Shown here piece by piece: positions 10,358 through 22,159 of a DNA stretch of 64,000 nt. The notes below the pieces were generated by a model. That model worked only from the letters and a program-made list of their open reading frames with translations, did not search any database and was not told where the DNA came from. The stretch comes from an uncultured virus (IMG/VR IMGVR_UViG_3300017963_000205). Its lineage: Duplodnaviria > Heunggongvirae > Uroviricota > Caudoviricetes. Made by a program: the position numbers and the translations under genes. Positions within the stretch are counted from its first letter, which is position 1, and each line of letters opens with the position of its first letter. The stretch lies in IMG/VR virus record IMGVR_UViG_3300017963_000205. The stretch is one strand, 5' to 3'.

Positions 10358-10695
10358 CCTCCGTCAACCTGGACGCCAACATGGTCAGCCGATTGACCGA
10401 GGACCCGGCTCTTTACGTGGAAGTGCCCTTCCTGACGCCCATGAAGGGCACGGCGCTGAGCATCCATCGAAAGCTGCCGCGCCACTGCAAAGCCTGCCAC
10501 AAGGGCGCCCGCACGCGCGCGATGAACGCCCTGTCCAACGCATTCGGGCGGCTGGTGGTGGACGAGTCCAAGCGGGACCCCAACGGGTTGCCGAAGCTGC
10601 GTTTCTACGTCACGCGGCGCTTCGCCCTTAAACCTGGCACTCCCATCACCCTGCAGTATACTGAGAACGGTCAGAACGTGGTTCTCAACATCTAG
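10354..10695 (+). CDS. Hypothetical protein with CxxC
   Basis: ATGA overlap with upstream stop; HCKACH. Confidence 0.55.
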   Translation: MTSVNLDANMVSRLTEDPALYVEVPFLTPMKGTALSIHRKLPRHCKACHKGARTRAMNALSNAFGRLVVDESKRDPNGLPKLRFYVTRRFALKPGTPITLQYTENGQNVVLNI

Positions 10696-10705
10696 GGGGC
10701 TCCGC

Positions 10706-11140
10706 ATGGCGATCGGAATCAAGCTCCAGCGGTATGGAATGACCTCCTACGTGGAGGGGCGCACGCAGGGCTACCGCATGCGTGTGAAGGTCTCGCAGGT
10801 CAGCGGCGTGGACGATGCGCTGTTTGCCTACCAGGTGATGCCGCCAGCGGGCGGCGGGACGGAATATGGGGCCGAATTTTCGCACGTGTGTTCGCCGGCC
10901 GATATCGAGGAGTACCCTCGGGACGCCCCGGTTAGCGGGAAGGACTTCTATCGCCTGACCGAGATCGACATCATCTTCAGGAACCTGAAATTGCTCGAAG
11001 ACGCCTGGGAGAAGATCCAGAACGACTTCACCGAGCTGGTCAGGACCTTGGAGAACATGGACACTCTGACCCTGGCGGAGGAGGTGACCTTTGGCAGTTT
11101 CCCCTCGTCGTCCTCTTCGTCGTCTTCCAGTAGCTCGTGA
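10706..11140 (+). CDS. Hypothetical (likely virion) protein ending in 11 Ser
   Basis: 144 aa ORF with RBS; ends [13 protein letters not shown]. Confidence 0.6.
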   Translation: MAIGIKLQRYGMTSYVEGRTQGYRMRVKVSQVSGVDDALFAYQVMPPAGGGTEYGAEFSHVCSPADIEEYPRDAPVSGKDFYRLTEIDIIFRNLKLLEDAWEKIQNDFTELVRTLENMDTLTLAEEVTFGSFPSSSSSSSSSSS

Positions 11141-11468
11141 GATCGATCGTCCGGCCGTGCCGCTCAAGCCCCGGAAACGGGGCAAGGTCGTTCTGACCGA
11201 CGGCGTGCTGCTTGCGCTGACGAAGCGCTCCGACGTTACCTCCAAGTTCCCTTTCTTCAGGATCTCCACCAAGATAGCCACGGGCACTTGTGGCGGCTGC
11301 GGCAGCAGGGGCCAGCGTAACGAGCGGATGGCGGCGCTGACCGGCCTCAAGGTCGCTCTGGCCGGGCTCAGCGAGAGCCAGAAGGGGCTGTTCAAATCCC
11401 TGCTCAAGGCCGACAAGGTGGTCTTCCACGTGCCGGGCCCGTCAGGCGTCGTCAGCCATACCTTCTAA
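11091..11468 (+). CDS. Basic hypothetical protein with CGGC motif
   Basis: GGAGGAGGTG RBS before TTG 11091; fills the gap to the next promoter. Confidence 0.55.
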   Translation: MAVSPRRPLRRLPVAREIDRPAVPLKPRKRGKVVLTDGVLLALTKRSDVTSKFPFFRISTKIATGTCGGCGSRGQRNERMAALTGLKVALAGLSESQKGLFKSLLKADKVVFHVPGPSGVVSHTF

Positions 11469-11487
11469 CAGCTTGGAATTCAGCCAC

Positions 11488-11516
11488 CTAAATCACGCCC
11501 GGGATGGCGTTAAAAT
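11488..11516 (+). promoter_or_regulatory. Phage promoter motif CTAAAW-N17-TAnnAT, copy 1
   Basis: CTAAAT...GGCGTTAAAAT; same spacing at six other intergenic sites (one with N18). Confidence 0.65.
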
Positions 11517-11602
11517 ACTGTGCATAGGGCCTTTTTGGGGCCGGAGAGTCAAACATTGGCTGCCGGTCCCGAGTGCGAGGATCGGCACGAAAGGGGGTTC
11601 AG

Positions 11603-12118
11603 ATGGATGAGCAAAAGCAAGAGCAGAAGCAGGAACAGAAGGTGGACGAGCAACTCAAGACGGAGGTCGCCGGAGTCCTGCAGACCGGCGAGCAGGAGAT
11701 GGGCGGTCTCAATTTGGCCGCTTGCTATGGCTGCGGCGCTGGTGCGAGCGTGTCGTATGTCGTGCCCGCCGTTGCCATTCACACCGTCGCCCTGGTGGGT
11801 GACATCGTCGTCGCCGTTGCTCGTCGTGCCGGTCGGATCGGTGCCGACATTCATGGCGTGGGGCGGGGCGCGTTCAACAAGGCCCACATTCGCCTGCATC
11901 CCCGAACGGTCTTCCGGCTGGGAGAGGTGGCGAAGGAGCGTGCCGATGGACCGGAGCGGGAGACGGCGGTGAAGCAGATCTGCCAGCTTCTCCGGGTCAA
12001 GGACGAGGCGTTTCGCAACGCCTACACCCTGGCGCTCAAGCAGGAAGAGGCCAAAACCGATATCACTCCTTCACAGGAGGCCGGACCGGGCGCAACGCCC
12101 CTGCCTCTTGGCACCTGA
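11603..12118 (+). CDS. Hypothetical protein
   Basis: AAGGGG RBS, downstream of promoter motif. Confidence 0.5.
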   Translation: MDEQKQEQKQEQKVDEQLKTEVAGVLQTGEQEMGGLNLAACYGCGAGASVSYVVPAVAIHTVALVGDIVVAVARRAGRIGADIHGVGRGAFNKAHIRLHPRTVFRLGEVAKERADGPERETAVKQICQLLRVKDEAFRNAYTLALKQEEAKTDITPSQEAGPGATPLPLGT

Positions 12119-12174
12119 GTTTTCCACTGGGATCGGTCGCCCGCTCAAGCGGGCGGGCGGCCTGGAGGAACGAT

Positions 12175-12315
12175 ATGGGCGAAGAAGATGGAGGATTCCT
12201 GCTTTCGTGTGCGAAGGGGCTGTGGGACGGTTTCATGGTCCTTCTTGAAAAGACAACCCCATTGAGCCTGCTCGGCCTCGGGTTTTTCGGGGCCGCGCTC
12301 TGGCTGATTTTCTAA
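12175..12315 (+). CDS. Small membrane protein (46 aa)
   Basis: GGAGG RBS; hydrophobic C-terminus LSLLGLGFFGAALWLIF; below ORF-track cutoff. Confidence 0.5.
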   Translation: MGEEDGGFLLSCAKGLWDGFMVLLEKTTPLSLLGLGFFGAALWLIF

Positions 12316-12339
12316 ACCGGCGGTGGAGGCCCGCCGGCC

Positions 12340-12390
12340 AAGGCAGCCGTCCCGCCCCTCTCCGGGGCGGCTGCCTTCTTTTTAGCTATC
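12340..12390 (+). terminator. Intrinsic terminator followed by TAGCTATC
   Basis: AAGGCAGCCG...CGGCTGCCTT hairpin plus T tract. Confidence 0.7.
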
Positions 12391-12399
12391 AGGACTTTC

Positions 12400-12428
12400 T
12401 TGACATCGAACATCGCCGCTGATAGGGT
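12400..12428 (+). promoter_or_regulatory. Sigma70-type promoter
   Basis: TTGACA-N17-TAGGGT, with the same TTTCTTGACA context as at 5950. Confidence 0.5.
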
Positions 12429-12479
12429 CCGAGAAACTTTGGCAGCATTTTGGAACGGGTTCCGAAATTGGAGAACACC

Positions 12480-12791
12480 ATGGGACTGAAGATCCACGAA
12501 GTGGAGAAGCCTGACGACAGTCAATTCCAGAGCAGCGCGCTTTCCACGAACACGATCCGCGTCATTGTCGAGGGGACCAATCTGGAGGAGGTGACCTCGG
12601 CGGCAGCTCGCGCTTTGGCCTACAACGAGCGTCTCAAACACGGGATGGAGAAGGCCGGCATTTCCCAGGAGGGTGGCCCCTTTGCCGTGGACCGCAAGAC
12701 CGGCGAGCCGCCCGTCAACGCGGCGGACATCGCTACGCGCCGGGATGATCTCCGCTACCGACAGGTTTGGAAGATCACGCTTGCCCTATGA
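12480..12791 (+). CDS. Hypothetical protein
   Basis: GGAG RBS, ATG 12480. Confidence 0.55.
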   Translation: MGLKIHEVEKPDDSQFQSSALSTNTIRVIVEGTNLEEVTSAAARALAYNERLKHGMEKAGISQEGGPFAVDRKTGEPPVNAADIATRRDDLRYRQVWKITLAL

Positions 12792-13342
12792 TGTTCGACA
12801 GTGAATCCCTTACGGTGGTCACGGACCTGACGGAGAAGGACATCAGGTTCGTGCTCAATACCGTTCTGAACGGCCCGCAGAAGGGCGCCCTGACGGACGG
12901 CGAGATGCTGGCTGTCGTGTCCTATGACATGCTCAAGCAGTTGGGGTTTCACACCGAACATGCATGCTCAGTCATCAAGCGCTTCGACAAGCGGTTCTAC
13001 GATCTGGGGAGGCTGTACGAGGCGGCGGACTTTTCCAAGTCGCTTCCGGCCATCACGCTTCAGATTCTGGATAATCGGTTTGCGCTAGTGTCGGATGAGC
13101 CGCACAAGATCTTCGACTTCACAACACTGGAGCAGGTCGAACGGATTCCTCTTCCCGTGCTGTCTGTTGCGATTGTCCTGCCAAAACTTTACCGGCGCGC
13201 TGTAACGTCGCTTTCATTGCTTCGGAATCAGCGTTCTCAAGCGGAAGGGAGGCCAGATCCACGAACAGCTTGTGGAGCCGCTCCCGGACGAACTGGTCGA
13301 TCGACAACACCTCCCGCATCTGACGATCCCAAAAAGCCTTAG
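12788..13342 (+). CDS. Hypothetical protein (3' end overlaps convergent gene)
   Basis: ATGA coupling with upstream gene; globular composition. Confidence 0.55.
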   Translation: MMFDSESLTVVTDLTEKDIRFVLNTVLNGPQKGALTDGEMLAVVSYDMLKQLGFHTEHACSVIKRFDKRFYDLGRLYEAADFSKSLPAITLQILDNRFALVSDEPHKIFDFTTLEQVERIPLPVLSVAIVLPKLYRRAVTSLSLLRNQRSQAEGRPDPRTACGAAPGRTGRSTTPPASDDPKKP

Positions 13343-13859
13343 CTTCGATGCCGTCATCCTGCAGTACGCCGTCGATCGTTTCGTCGTTGTCGGGCATTTC
13401 GACATAGGGCTTCAGAATCTTCGGCACGCGCTCGAAGCCTTCGTCCTTCAGGCGCGTGGCCATGTAGGAACGAATCTCTTCGTTGAACATCTCGCCCTCT
13501 TCGGGCGGGTCCAGCAACTGCACTTCGGCGATGGCCCAGCACATCTCCTGTACGGTGGCAAAGTCGAAGTTCTGGAAGTCGGCCCCGGAGCCGTTCAGTG
13601 CATTACAGATGTGGGTGAACGCGTCGAGGCTGGTGTAGAAGAGGTTGGTGGTCAGCTCGGTCACCAACGCCCAGATCTTGTCCTTGTTGACCTGCGGGAT
13701 GGACACGCTCCAATCATGCTTCACTTCCATGTCCAGCGTTTGTGGCTCCCAGCCGAACATCTCCGTGCCATACTCGTCAAGCAGCCCAACGAGCAGCACC
13801 GACCCGATTGCATCCGGGTCGGCGAGCTGTCTCATGAAGGGCCGTTTGTCGATTCGCAT
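13119..13859 (-). CDS. Hypothetical acidic protein, possibly head-associated
   Basis: 246 aa, last gene of a three-gene minus-strand operon. Confidence 0.6.
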   Translation of the reverse strand: MRIDKRPFMRQLADPDAIGSVLLVGLLDEYGTEMFGWEPQTLDMEVKHDWSVSIPQVNKDKIWALVTELTTNLFYTSLDAFTHICNALNGSGADFQNFDFATVQEMCWAIAEVQLLDPPEEGEMFNEEIRSYMATRLKDEGFERVPKILKPYVEMPDNDETIDGVLQDDGIEAKAFWDRQMREVLSIDQFVRERLHKLFVDLASLPLENADSEAMKATLQRAGKVLAGQSQQTAREEESVRPAPVL

Positions 13860-13863
13860 GGAT

Positions 13864-14946
13864 TTAGTACATCATCATGGACGCGGCGTAGGGGTTCATT
13901 TGCCCGTACATGAACGGGTTTGCCAGCAGGTACTGCCGCAGAGCTTCCTCGTGCGGGTCAGCCAAGGCGCTTCGTGCCATCAGGCCGCCGCCCACGCCCA
14001 GTCCAACACTGCCAAGACGGTTGATGGTTTGCGGCTGAACACCGATGGCCTGTCCGAGCCGTTGAGCCAAAGGAACAAATTCGGGGGCTGCGGCCGGTGC
14101 TGGCTCTGTTGGGGTTCTTTTGGCCGCTTCGGCCATGAACCGGGATTCAGGCGTTTGTGCGCCTGCTGGCGCAGCCGCTGCCGGCGCGGTTGCCGCCGGT
14201 GTAGTCGCTGGTGCGAGTTCCGCGCCCCTGAGCTTCCGCTTTCGTTTGACGGCACGAGCGCCCGGAGGCGTCGTGGGTTGCGGCATCGCGCGCGGGGGAG
14301 GCGGCGGCAGATCAGGTTGTGGCTGTCCCCCTCGGAGTCCGCGCTTTCGGCGAACAGTACGAGCGCCCGCAGGCGGCTTTGCGCTCACGGGCTGGGGGGC
14401 TGCCGTCGGTGCCGGAAGGGCCGGCGCCGCAGGTGCCGACGCTGCAGGCGGCACGTCAACTCTGGTTGAACGCCCGACACGCATACCCAGCTGCCTTGCC
14501 GGGGACGGAAGAGCAGCCTGCGGAGGCAGCACTTCAACGACGGGCTTCGCGCCGCCAGCCAACCGGGTTTCAGGGCGTCGGACCATCGCGCCGCCCGGAG
14601 GGGGTGTGATGGTTCCGGCCGTACCGGAGGGTGCAGGCGTGACCAGCGGCTTTCGCGCTGCGGGTGTGGGGGCCGGCGCTCGTGTCGTGGCCATGGCGCC
14701 CGAGGGACGCCTTGCCAGCGGTTGTGCCTTGGGTGCCGGCTTCCGGGGACCGCCCGAACCGGCGGTCTGTCGGCTCTGAGGGCGCTGCCGAGGTCGCCGT
14801 TGCTGCGGACGATCACGCTGTGCTCGACGTTGCGCGGGTTGCTGACGCGGTGCCTTTCGTCCCGTGGCGCGCATCATACCCGGCCGTCTGGCCTCTTTTT
14901 CAAATTCGAGGCCGATCAGTTCGCCCAGTTCTTCTGCGTCACTCAT
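13864..14946 (-). CDS. Pro/Ala/Arg-rich low-complexity protein
   Basis: AAGGAG RBS before MSDAEELGELIGLEFEKEA; fits between neighbouring genes. Confidence 0.55.
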   Translation of the reverse strand: MSDAEELGELIGLEFEKEARRPGMMRATGRKAPRQQPAQRRAQRDRPQQRRPRQRPQSRQTAGSGGPRKPAPKAQPLARRPSGAMATTRAPAPTPAARKPLVTPAPSGTAGTITPPPGGAMVRRPETRLAGGAKPVVEVLPPQAALPSPARQLGMRVGRSTRVDVPPAASAPAAPALPAPTAAPQPVSAKPPAGARTVRRKRGLRGGQPQPDLPPPPPRAMPQPTTPPGARAVKRKRKLRGAELAPATTPAATAPAAAAPAGAQTPESRFMAEAAKRTPTEPAPAAAPEFVPLAQRLGQAIGVQPQTINRLGSVGLGVGGGLMARSALADPHEEALRQYLLANPFMYGQMNPYAASMMMY

Positions 14947-14956
14947 GCCCGACTCC

Positions 14957-16267
14957 TTAGAGGACTTGTTGGTTGTGCCTGAGGGGGGATTCAACTCCAA
15001 CGCCGCGCGGGTCCGCAGCCACCATTCGTTTGTGCCAGTTGGTCCATTCATCCTTGTCGAACTTGAAGTTCGCGCTGAGGGGGGCACGGCCTTGCTTCAT
15101 CAGGGTCGCGTCCTTCTCGTACGCCTCTTCGGCGGCGGCTTTCAGCGCCGTTTCAAGAAGCTCGGCGTCGGGACGCGGAAGCGTGGGCGCGATCTCTGCG
15201 AATTTCTCAAGGTCCAGAAGACCGTGGTTGCCTTCGAGCGCGTCGGCGATATCGCCGCCAAGCACCTCGGCGACCTTCTGGGCGGGCAGATGCGAGAAGA
15301 CCTCGATCGGCCAGCTGTTGCCGGTCGTCAGCGTGACGTGGTTGTTGATGACCGCTTCGGCCTCTTTCTCCAAGACCTGAAAGAACATTTCTTCAGGCAG
15401 ATCGATTCCGAGGTGGTACTGCTTGCAGAGTCCGGTTTGCCGATCGGCCCAATCCACGGCTTCGGCAACCTTGTGGAGCAGTTCCGCATCACACTCCTCC
15501 ATCTCGTGGAGTTCCTGCGCGATCGTGGCGATCTTCTCTCGCACGTCATTGAAGCGGGACGAGATCATCAGCGCCCGGCGGGAGAGCTGCTCGGCGGCCT
15601 GTTTGGGATGGCACATGCCGAAGCCGCTGGCACGTTCCAGGTATTCCTGCGTGTCGTCGTCGAACTGCAGGACGCCCAATCCGGCCCCAGCCACCTTCTC
15701 GCCCTCCCTGAATTTGGCGTCGTACTCCATGGCCTTTTTCAGGATTCGGCGGGAAGCCGCGCGGCGCCACTGATACGGGTAATTGTACCGGTTGGCAAAC
15801 AGGTACTCACCGGCCAGCTTGACCGACATCGCGTTGGGCATGGGCATTCGGCGCATCTTTTTGCCTTCTCCCATGTCCACCACGAGCGCGTGATCCGCGT
15901 CGCCGACCTCCGGCCGTTCGGTCGAGGCGAGCTTCTGCCACGTCGTCCGAAGCCGGTCGGTCGTATTTTTCACACCCCAATAAGCCGCTTGTTTGGTGAT
16001 GCGGTCTTGAACAAGCGCCCTTTCTTCCTTAGAGTATTGGGGTTCAGCCAGGCAGAAGTACGCCTGGGCAAGCCACGTTGCCGCCTTCGTGTGGCAAGGG
16101 AACTTGCGCCGGACTCGATCTGCGAAAACGTGAGAAGGTAATCGATTGATGCCTGCCTTCTCCTCCTGTTCGGCTTCCTTTACGAACTTCGGGAGGCCAT
16201 ACAGTCGGTCCAGCGTGTATAGTTGTTGTTGGTTGGCATCATCGTAGAAGTCGGCAGGGCCGCGCAT
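14957..16267 (-). CDS. Hypothetical helical protein
   Basis: GGAGGAG RBS before ATG 16267 (MRGPADFYDD); long ORF. Confidence 0.65.
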   Translation of the reverse strand: MRGPADFYDDANQQQLYTLDRLYGLPKFVKEAEQEEKAGINRLPSHVFADRVRRKFPCHTKAATWLAQAYFCLAEPQYSKEERALVQDRITKQAAYWGVKNTTDRLRTTWQKLASTERPEVGDADHALVVDMGEGKKMRRMPMPNAMSVKLAGEYLFANRYNYPYQWRRAASRRILKKAMEYDAKFREGEKVAGAGLGVLQFDDDTQEYLERASGFGMCHPKQAAEQLSRRALMISSRFNDVREKIATIAQELHEMEECDAELLHKVAEAVDWADRQTGLCKQYHLGIDLPEEMFFQVLEKEAEAVINNHVTLTTGNSWPIEVFSHLPAQKVAEVLGGDIADALEGNHGLLDLEKFAEIAPTLPRPDAELLETALKAAAEEAYEKDATLMKQGRAPLSANFKFDKDEWTNWHKRMVAADPRGVGVESPLRHNQQVL

Positions 16268-18911
16268 GTTGACTCCTCCGAAGAACTTATCGAGACATCT
16301 TGCTCCCAGCAAGATCCTAGCTGCCGCAAGGATCACCGTCAAGGGGGTCATTCCAGAGAGAACGACTTGTCCGCTGTGTAATCACAAATCCCTGTCGATC
16401 TACATCGACCCCTGCCTGGAAGGATACTGGATGCACTGCGGACGGTGCAACCAATGTGGAGATTCCGTAGAGTTCTTTGGTTACATGCATTCCTTGAAGG
16501 ACCCGCGCGACGCCGTCAGCCGTGCCATCGAGGAGGGCTTCTTTCAGGAAGCCCCGGAAGTGGCTGCCGACAAGGGCTCCATCGAAGCCTACGTGACGAA
16601 CTTTCCCGAGCGCTGGCGTCAGGTCAGGGGCTTCTGGGAGACCTTTCAGGAAGGGCTGCTGGGCTCTCCGCGCCCCGATCTGCTCGAACGGCTCCAGAAA
16701 GCCCGGTTGTGGAGCGGGCGAGGGCGCAGATCCAACCGACTTGTGCGCTTCGTGGGTGCCACCACGCGCAAGGAAATTCTGCAGGTGATGGGCAATGATT
16801 ACCGGAAGGTCTTTCCCAAAGGGGGGTTTGGCACCAGCCTCGTGCTCAACTACCAGGACGTGCCTGGGCGCACATGCGGTCTGCGCTTCCTCGACGATCG
16901 GGGGCGGGAGCGTTTTTGCCCTCTGATCAGGGCCAACGTGACCAACCGGCTCGGCATGGAGGGCGGGCTGGCCATGCTGGAGGCGCTCAAGCCCTTTGAC
17001 CGGGTCGCTTTTGCCACCGACGACACTGAGGCCGCCCTGCACCTGCACAATCGGCATTTTGCGACCTTCGACACCCCCCTCAAACTGGTGCTCTACAACG
17101 ACCAGACTGACAGAGCGTGGCAGTCCGTTCATGCCTCCCGGGTGATCTTCTGGTCACCGGGCTCCGAATGGAAGGTCTTCGCGCAGGCCAAGAAGCTGGG
17201 CGCCAACGGCTTTGTGACATCCCACCCCGAACTTCGCAGCTCCACGCCCCAGGAATATTTCACCCGGGGGCCGGCCACTGCCGCGCTCAAGCTCATGGAG
17301 GAGCACGCGCGCCCGTGGCCCGAGGCGCTGTCCCTGTGGCTGACCGACGACAAGCGCAAGGAGACGGACATCGACGTCGCGCTCAACGCGCTGGCGCTGA
17401 CCACGCGCGAACGCAAGGAGCTTCTGGAAGCCTGTCCTGCCGCTCGCAAGGCAAAGCTGGAATACTATCTGGGCGACCTGCCCGTGGTTCGACAGGCAAT
17501 CATCGGCAACAAGAAGATTCTGGAGCGGCCCGACGGCTGGTTCATCATGCACTCCAAGGGCGAGGAATGCATCTGCGACGCGATCGTTCGTGTGAACAGG
17601 GAAGTCGTGGACGCGCAGGCCAAGAAGATCTACTGGGAGGGCGTGATCGAGTACAAAGGGCAGAAGGCCCCGTTCTTCGACGATCTCGTGGAGATCGAGC
17701 GCAGCTTCGCCTCGTGGCTTCGGGACACGATGATCACGGCGGGCATGGGCGTTCCACTTATCAACAAGCAGTGGCAACTCAAGCTGATAAACATTGCCAA
17801 GATGCTGGGCGACCCCCGTACGGTGCGGCTGACAACCACGGTGGGCGTGGACAAAACGGGGCGCATCTCGTTTCCGGCCTTTTTCGTGGAGAAGGGGGCG
17901 GTATGCAAGCAGGACACGATGCTGCCCAACATGCCGGGAAGCTGCGTGCGGGCACCAAAGGAGCGGCAGCCCTCCCAGGCCGACGAGGACGTGGAAAGCC
18001 GGGCGATCTTCGCGTGCGCGGCTGCAGCCTTCGTTCACAACCTGGTGGCGCCCATGAAGGGCGAACTCGCGCGGCCGTGGGCCTTCACGGGCGGTCCGGG
18101 CTCCCAGGCCGATCTTCTGTGCCGTCATCTTGCCGAACAGGCGGGCATGCCGCAGCACAGCGTTGAGGACTATGTCCGTCCGAACATCAACAAGATTCGG
18201 GACGGCCTTGGCATGCGAAGCTACCCCTCGATGGTTCGCAGCACGGCTGGGGGGCAGCTGCGCTTCTGGCCTCCAGCCTGCCACGACAACGCCCTGTTCG
18301 TGGTTGGGCCTCACGACGCGGCGGCGTTGGCCACGGGCGGGCGCTGGGGCGAAGTCTTTGCCGTCGAGAACAAGAGTTACGAGTGGCCGCCGTTCGATGA
18401 CATTCTCAACTACCTCATCGCGCTCCAGGCCAAGGAGTATCAGCTGCCCGAGGGGGTGCTCGGCGACGCGCTCCTTGAAGACTTTTGCAGCTGGTACGCC
18501 GTCTACCTGAAGCTGCCCGTGCTCAACCTGATCGAAGCCGCCAGGAAGCACTTTCGCGCAACCGTCAAGCCTGCCGAGGCCCTCATCGACCTTTTCTGCT
18601 GGTTTCGAAAGGACGGGTTGATGGTGCTGGATCACATGCCGTTTGAGGAATACCGCACGCGGCTTCAAAACAAGAAGCGCCAGAAAGGAATCATGATCGA
18701 TGACGTCGGCGGACAGGTCATGCTGGAAAGCCCTCCCCTCCTGCGCGCTTCCCGCAACAACCACCTTCCCGTGCTCAACATCGGCAATGTTGTTGAGGAC
18801 CTTACGCGCCGTGAGCTTCTGGCGACGACGGACACTTCGGATGGATGGGTCATCTCCAAGGAGAGCTGGGATGCATACGTGTCGAAGTGGGCCGCGCGTC
18901 TGCGCCTCTAA
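16266..18911 (+). CDS. Large protein with N-terminal primase-type zinc finger
   Basis: CPLCNH...HCGRCNQCGDSVEF resembles CHC2 zinc fingers; 881 aa. Confidence 0.6.
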   Translation: MLTPPKNLSRHLAPSKILAAARITVKGVIPERTTCPLCNHKSLSIYIDPCLEGYWMHCGRCNQCGDSVEFFGYMHSLKDPRDAVSRAIEEGFFQEAPEVAADKGSIEAYVTNFPERWRQVRGFWETFQEGLLGSPRPDLLERLQKARLWSGRGRRSNRLVRFVGATTRKEILQVMGNDYRKVFPKGGFGTSLVLNYQDVPGRTCGLRFLDDRGRERFCPLIRANVTNRLGMEGGLAMLEALKPFDRVAFATDDTEAALHLHNRHFATFDTPLKLVLYNDQTDRAWQSVHASRVIFWSPGSEWKVFAQAKKLGANGFVTSHPELRSSTPQEYFTRGPATAALKLMEEHARPWPEALSLWLTDDKRKETDIDVALNALALTTRERKELLEACPAARKAKLEYYLGDLPVVRQAIIGNKKILERPDGWFIMHSKGEECICDAIVRVNREVVDAQAKKIYWEGVIEYKGQKAPFFDDLVEIERSFASWLRDTMITAGMGVPLINKQWQLKLINIAKMLGDPRTVRLTTTVGVDKTGRISFPAFFVEKGAVCKQDTMLPNMPGSCVRAPKERQPSQADEDVESRAIFACAAAAFVHNLVAPMKGELARPWAFTGGPGSQADLLCRHLAEQAGMPQHSVEDYVRPNINKIRDGLGMRSYPSMVRSTAGGQLRFWPPACHDNALFVVGPHDAAALATGGRWGEVFAVENKSYEWPPFDDILNYLIALQAKEYQLPEGVLGDALLEDFCSWYAVYLKLPVLNLIEAARKHFRATVKPAEALIDLFCWFRKDGLMVLDHMPFEEYRTRLQNKKRQKGIMIDDVGGQVMLESPPLLRASRNNHLPVLNIGNVVEDLTRRELLATTDTSDGWVISKESWDAYVSKWAARLRL

Positions 18912-18937
18912 ATCACACCCCCACATGGCGTTAAAAT
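18908..18937 (+). promoter_or_regulatory. Phage promoter motif, copy 2
   Basis: CTAAAT-N18-TAAAAT then CATGTGCAGGAC, shared with the 25295 copy. Confidence 0.65.
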
Positions 18938-18988
18938 CATGTGCAGGACGAGTGATGTCCGCACTTTTAACCCATTGGAGGGTGTGTC

Positions 18989-19393
18989 ATGAAACAACGC
19001 AAGCGACGGTTTCCACTGCGCGAGCAAGTGGCGCGACGTCGAAGGGACCCGACATGCCTTTTGGAACCGCACGAAAAGGTGTGGCTGGAAGCGATTTTCA
19101 GAAGGCTGGACGAACTGATATACGGGGAGCTTCCAATCTACATAGGCGATCGGGATTTCGAGGGGCTCGGTACAAGCCCCGACGGTTGGAACTACAACAT
19201 CACTCCGGTGATGATGGAATGCATGCGGAAGTACATTCAGGAGGACGAGAAGGACGAGGATGAGCACGACGAGCAAGCCGTTTTCGTGGCAGAGGCGAGA
19301 GCCTTGACAGGGCGGTGGCAGGTCGTCATTCACCCTAAACGGGACCTGCACGTGAACGGGGTAAGGATGGACTGTTTCATGGAGATCCGTTAG
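18989..19393 (+). CDS. Hypothetical protein in a single-gene cassette
   Basis: GGAGG RBS; own promoter and terminator. Confidence 0.6.
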   Translation: MKQRKRRFPLREQVARRRRDPTCLLEPHEKVWLEAIFRRLDELIYGELPIYIGDRDFEGLGTSPDGWNYNITPVMMECMRKYIQEDEKDEDEHDEQAVFVAEARALTGRWQVVIHPKRDLHVNGVRMDCFMEIR

Positions 19394-19424
19394 AAGGGGA
19401 GCGTTCTCCCCTTTTTTAGCTATC
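19394..19424 (+). terminator. Intrinsic terminator followed by TAGCTATC
   Basis: AAGGGGAG-CGTT-CTCCCCTT plus T tract. Confidence 0.75.
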
Positions 19425-19472
19425 GGGAGATGTGTTGCCTGAAACCAGCTGAATTGATAGAGTGACAGAACC

Positions 19473-22156
<2,684 letters not shown>

Positions 22157-22159
22157 TGA

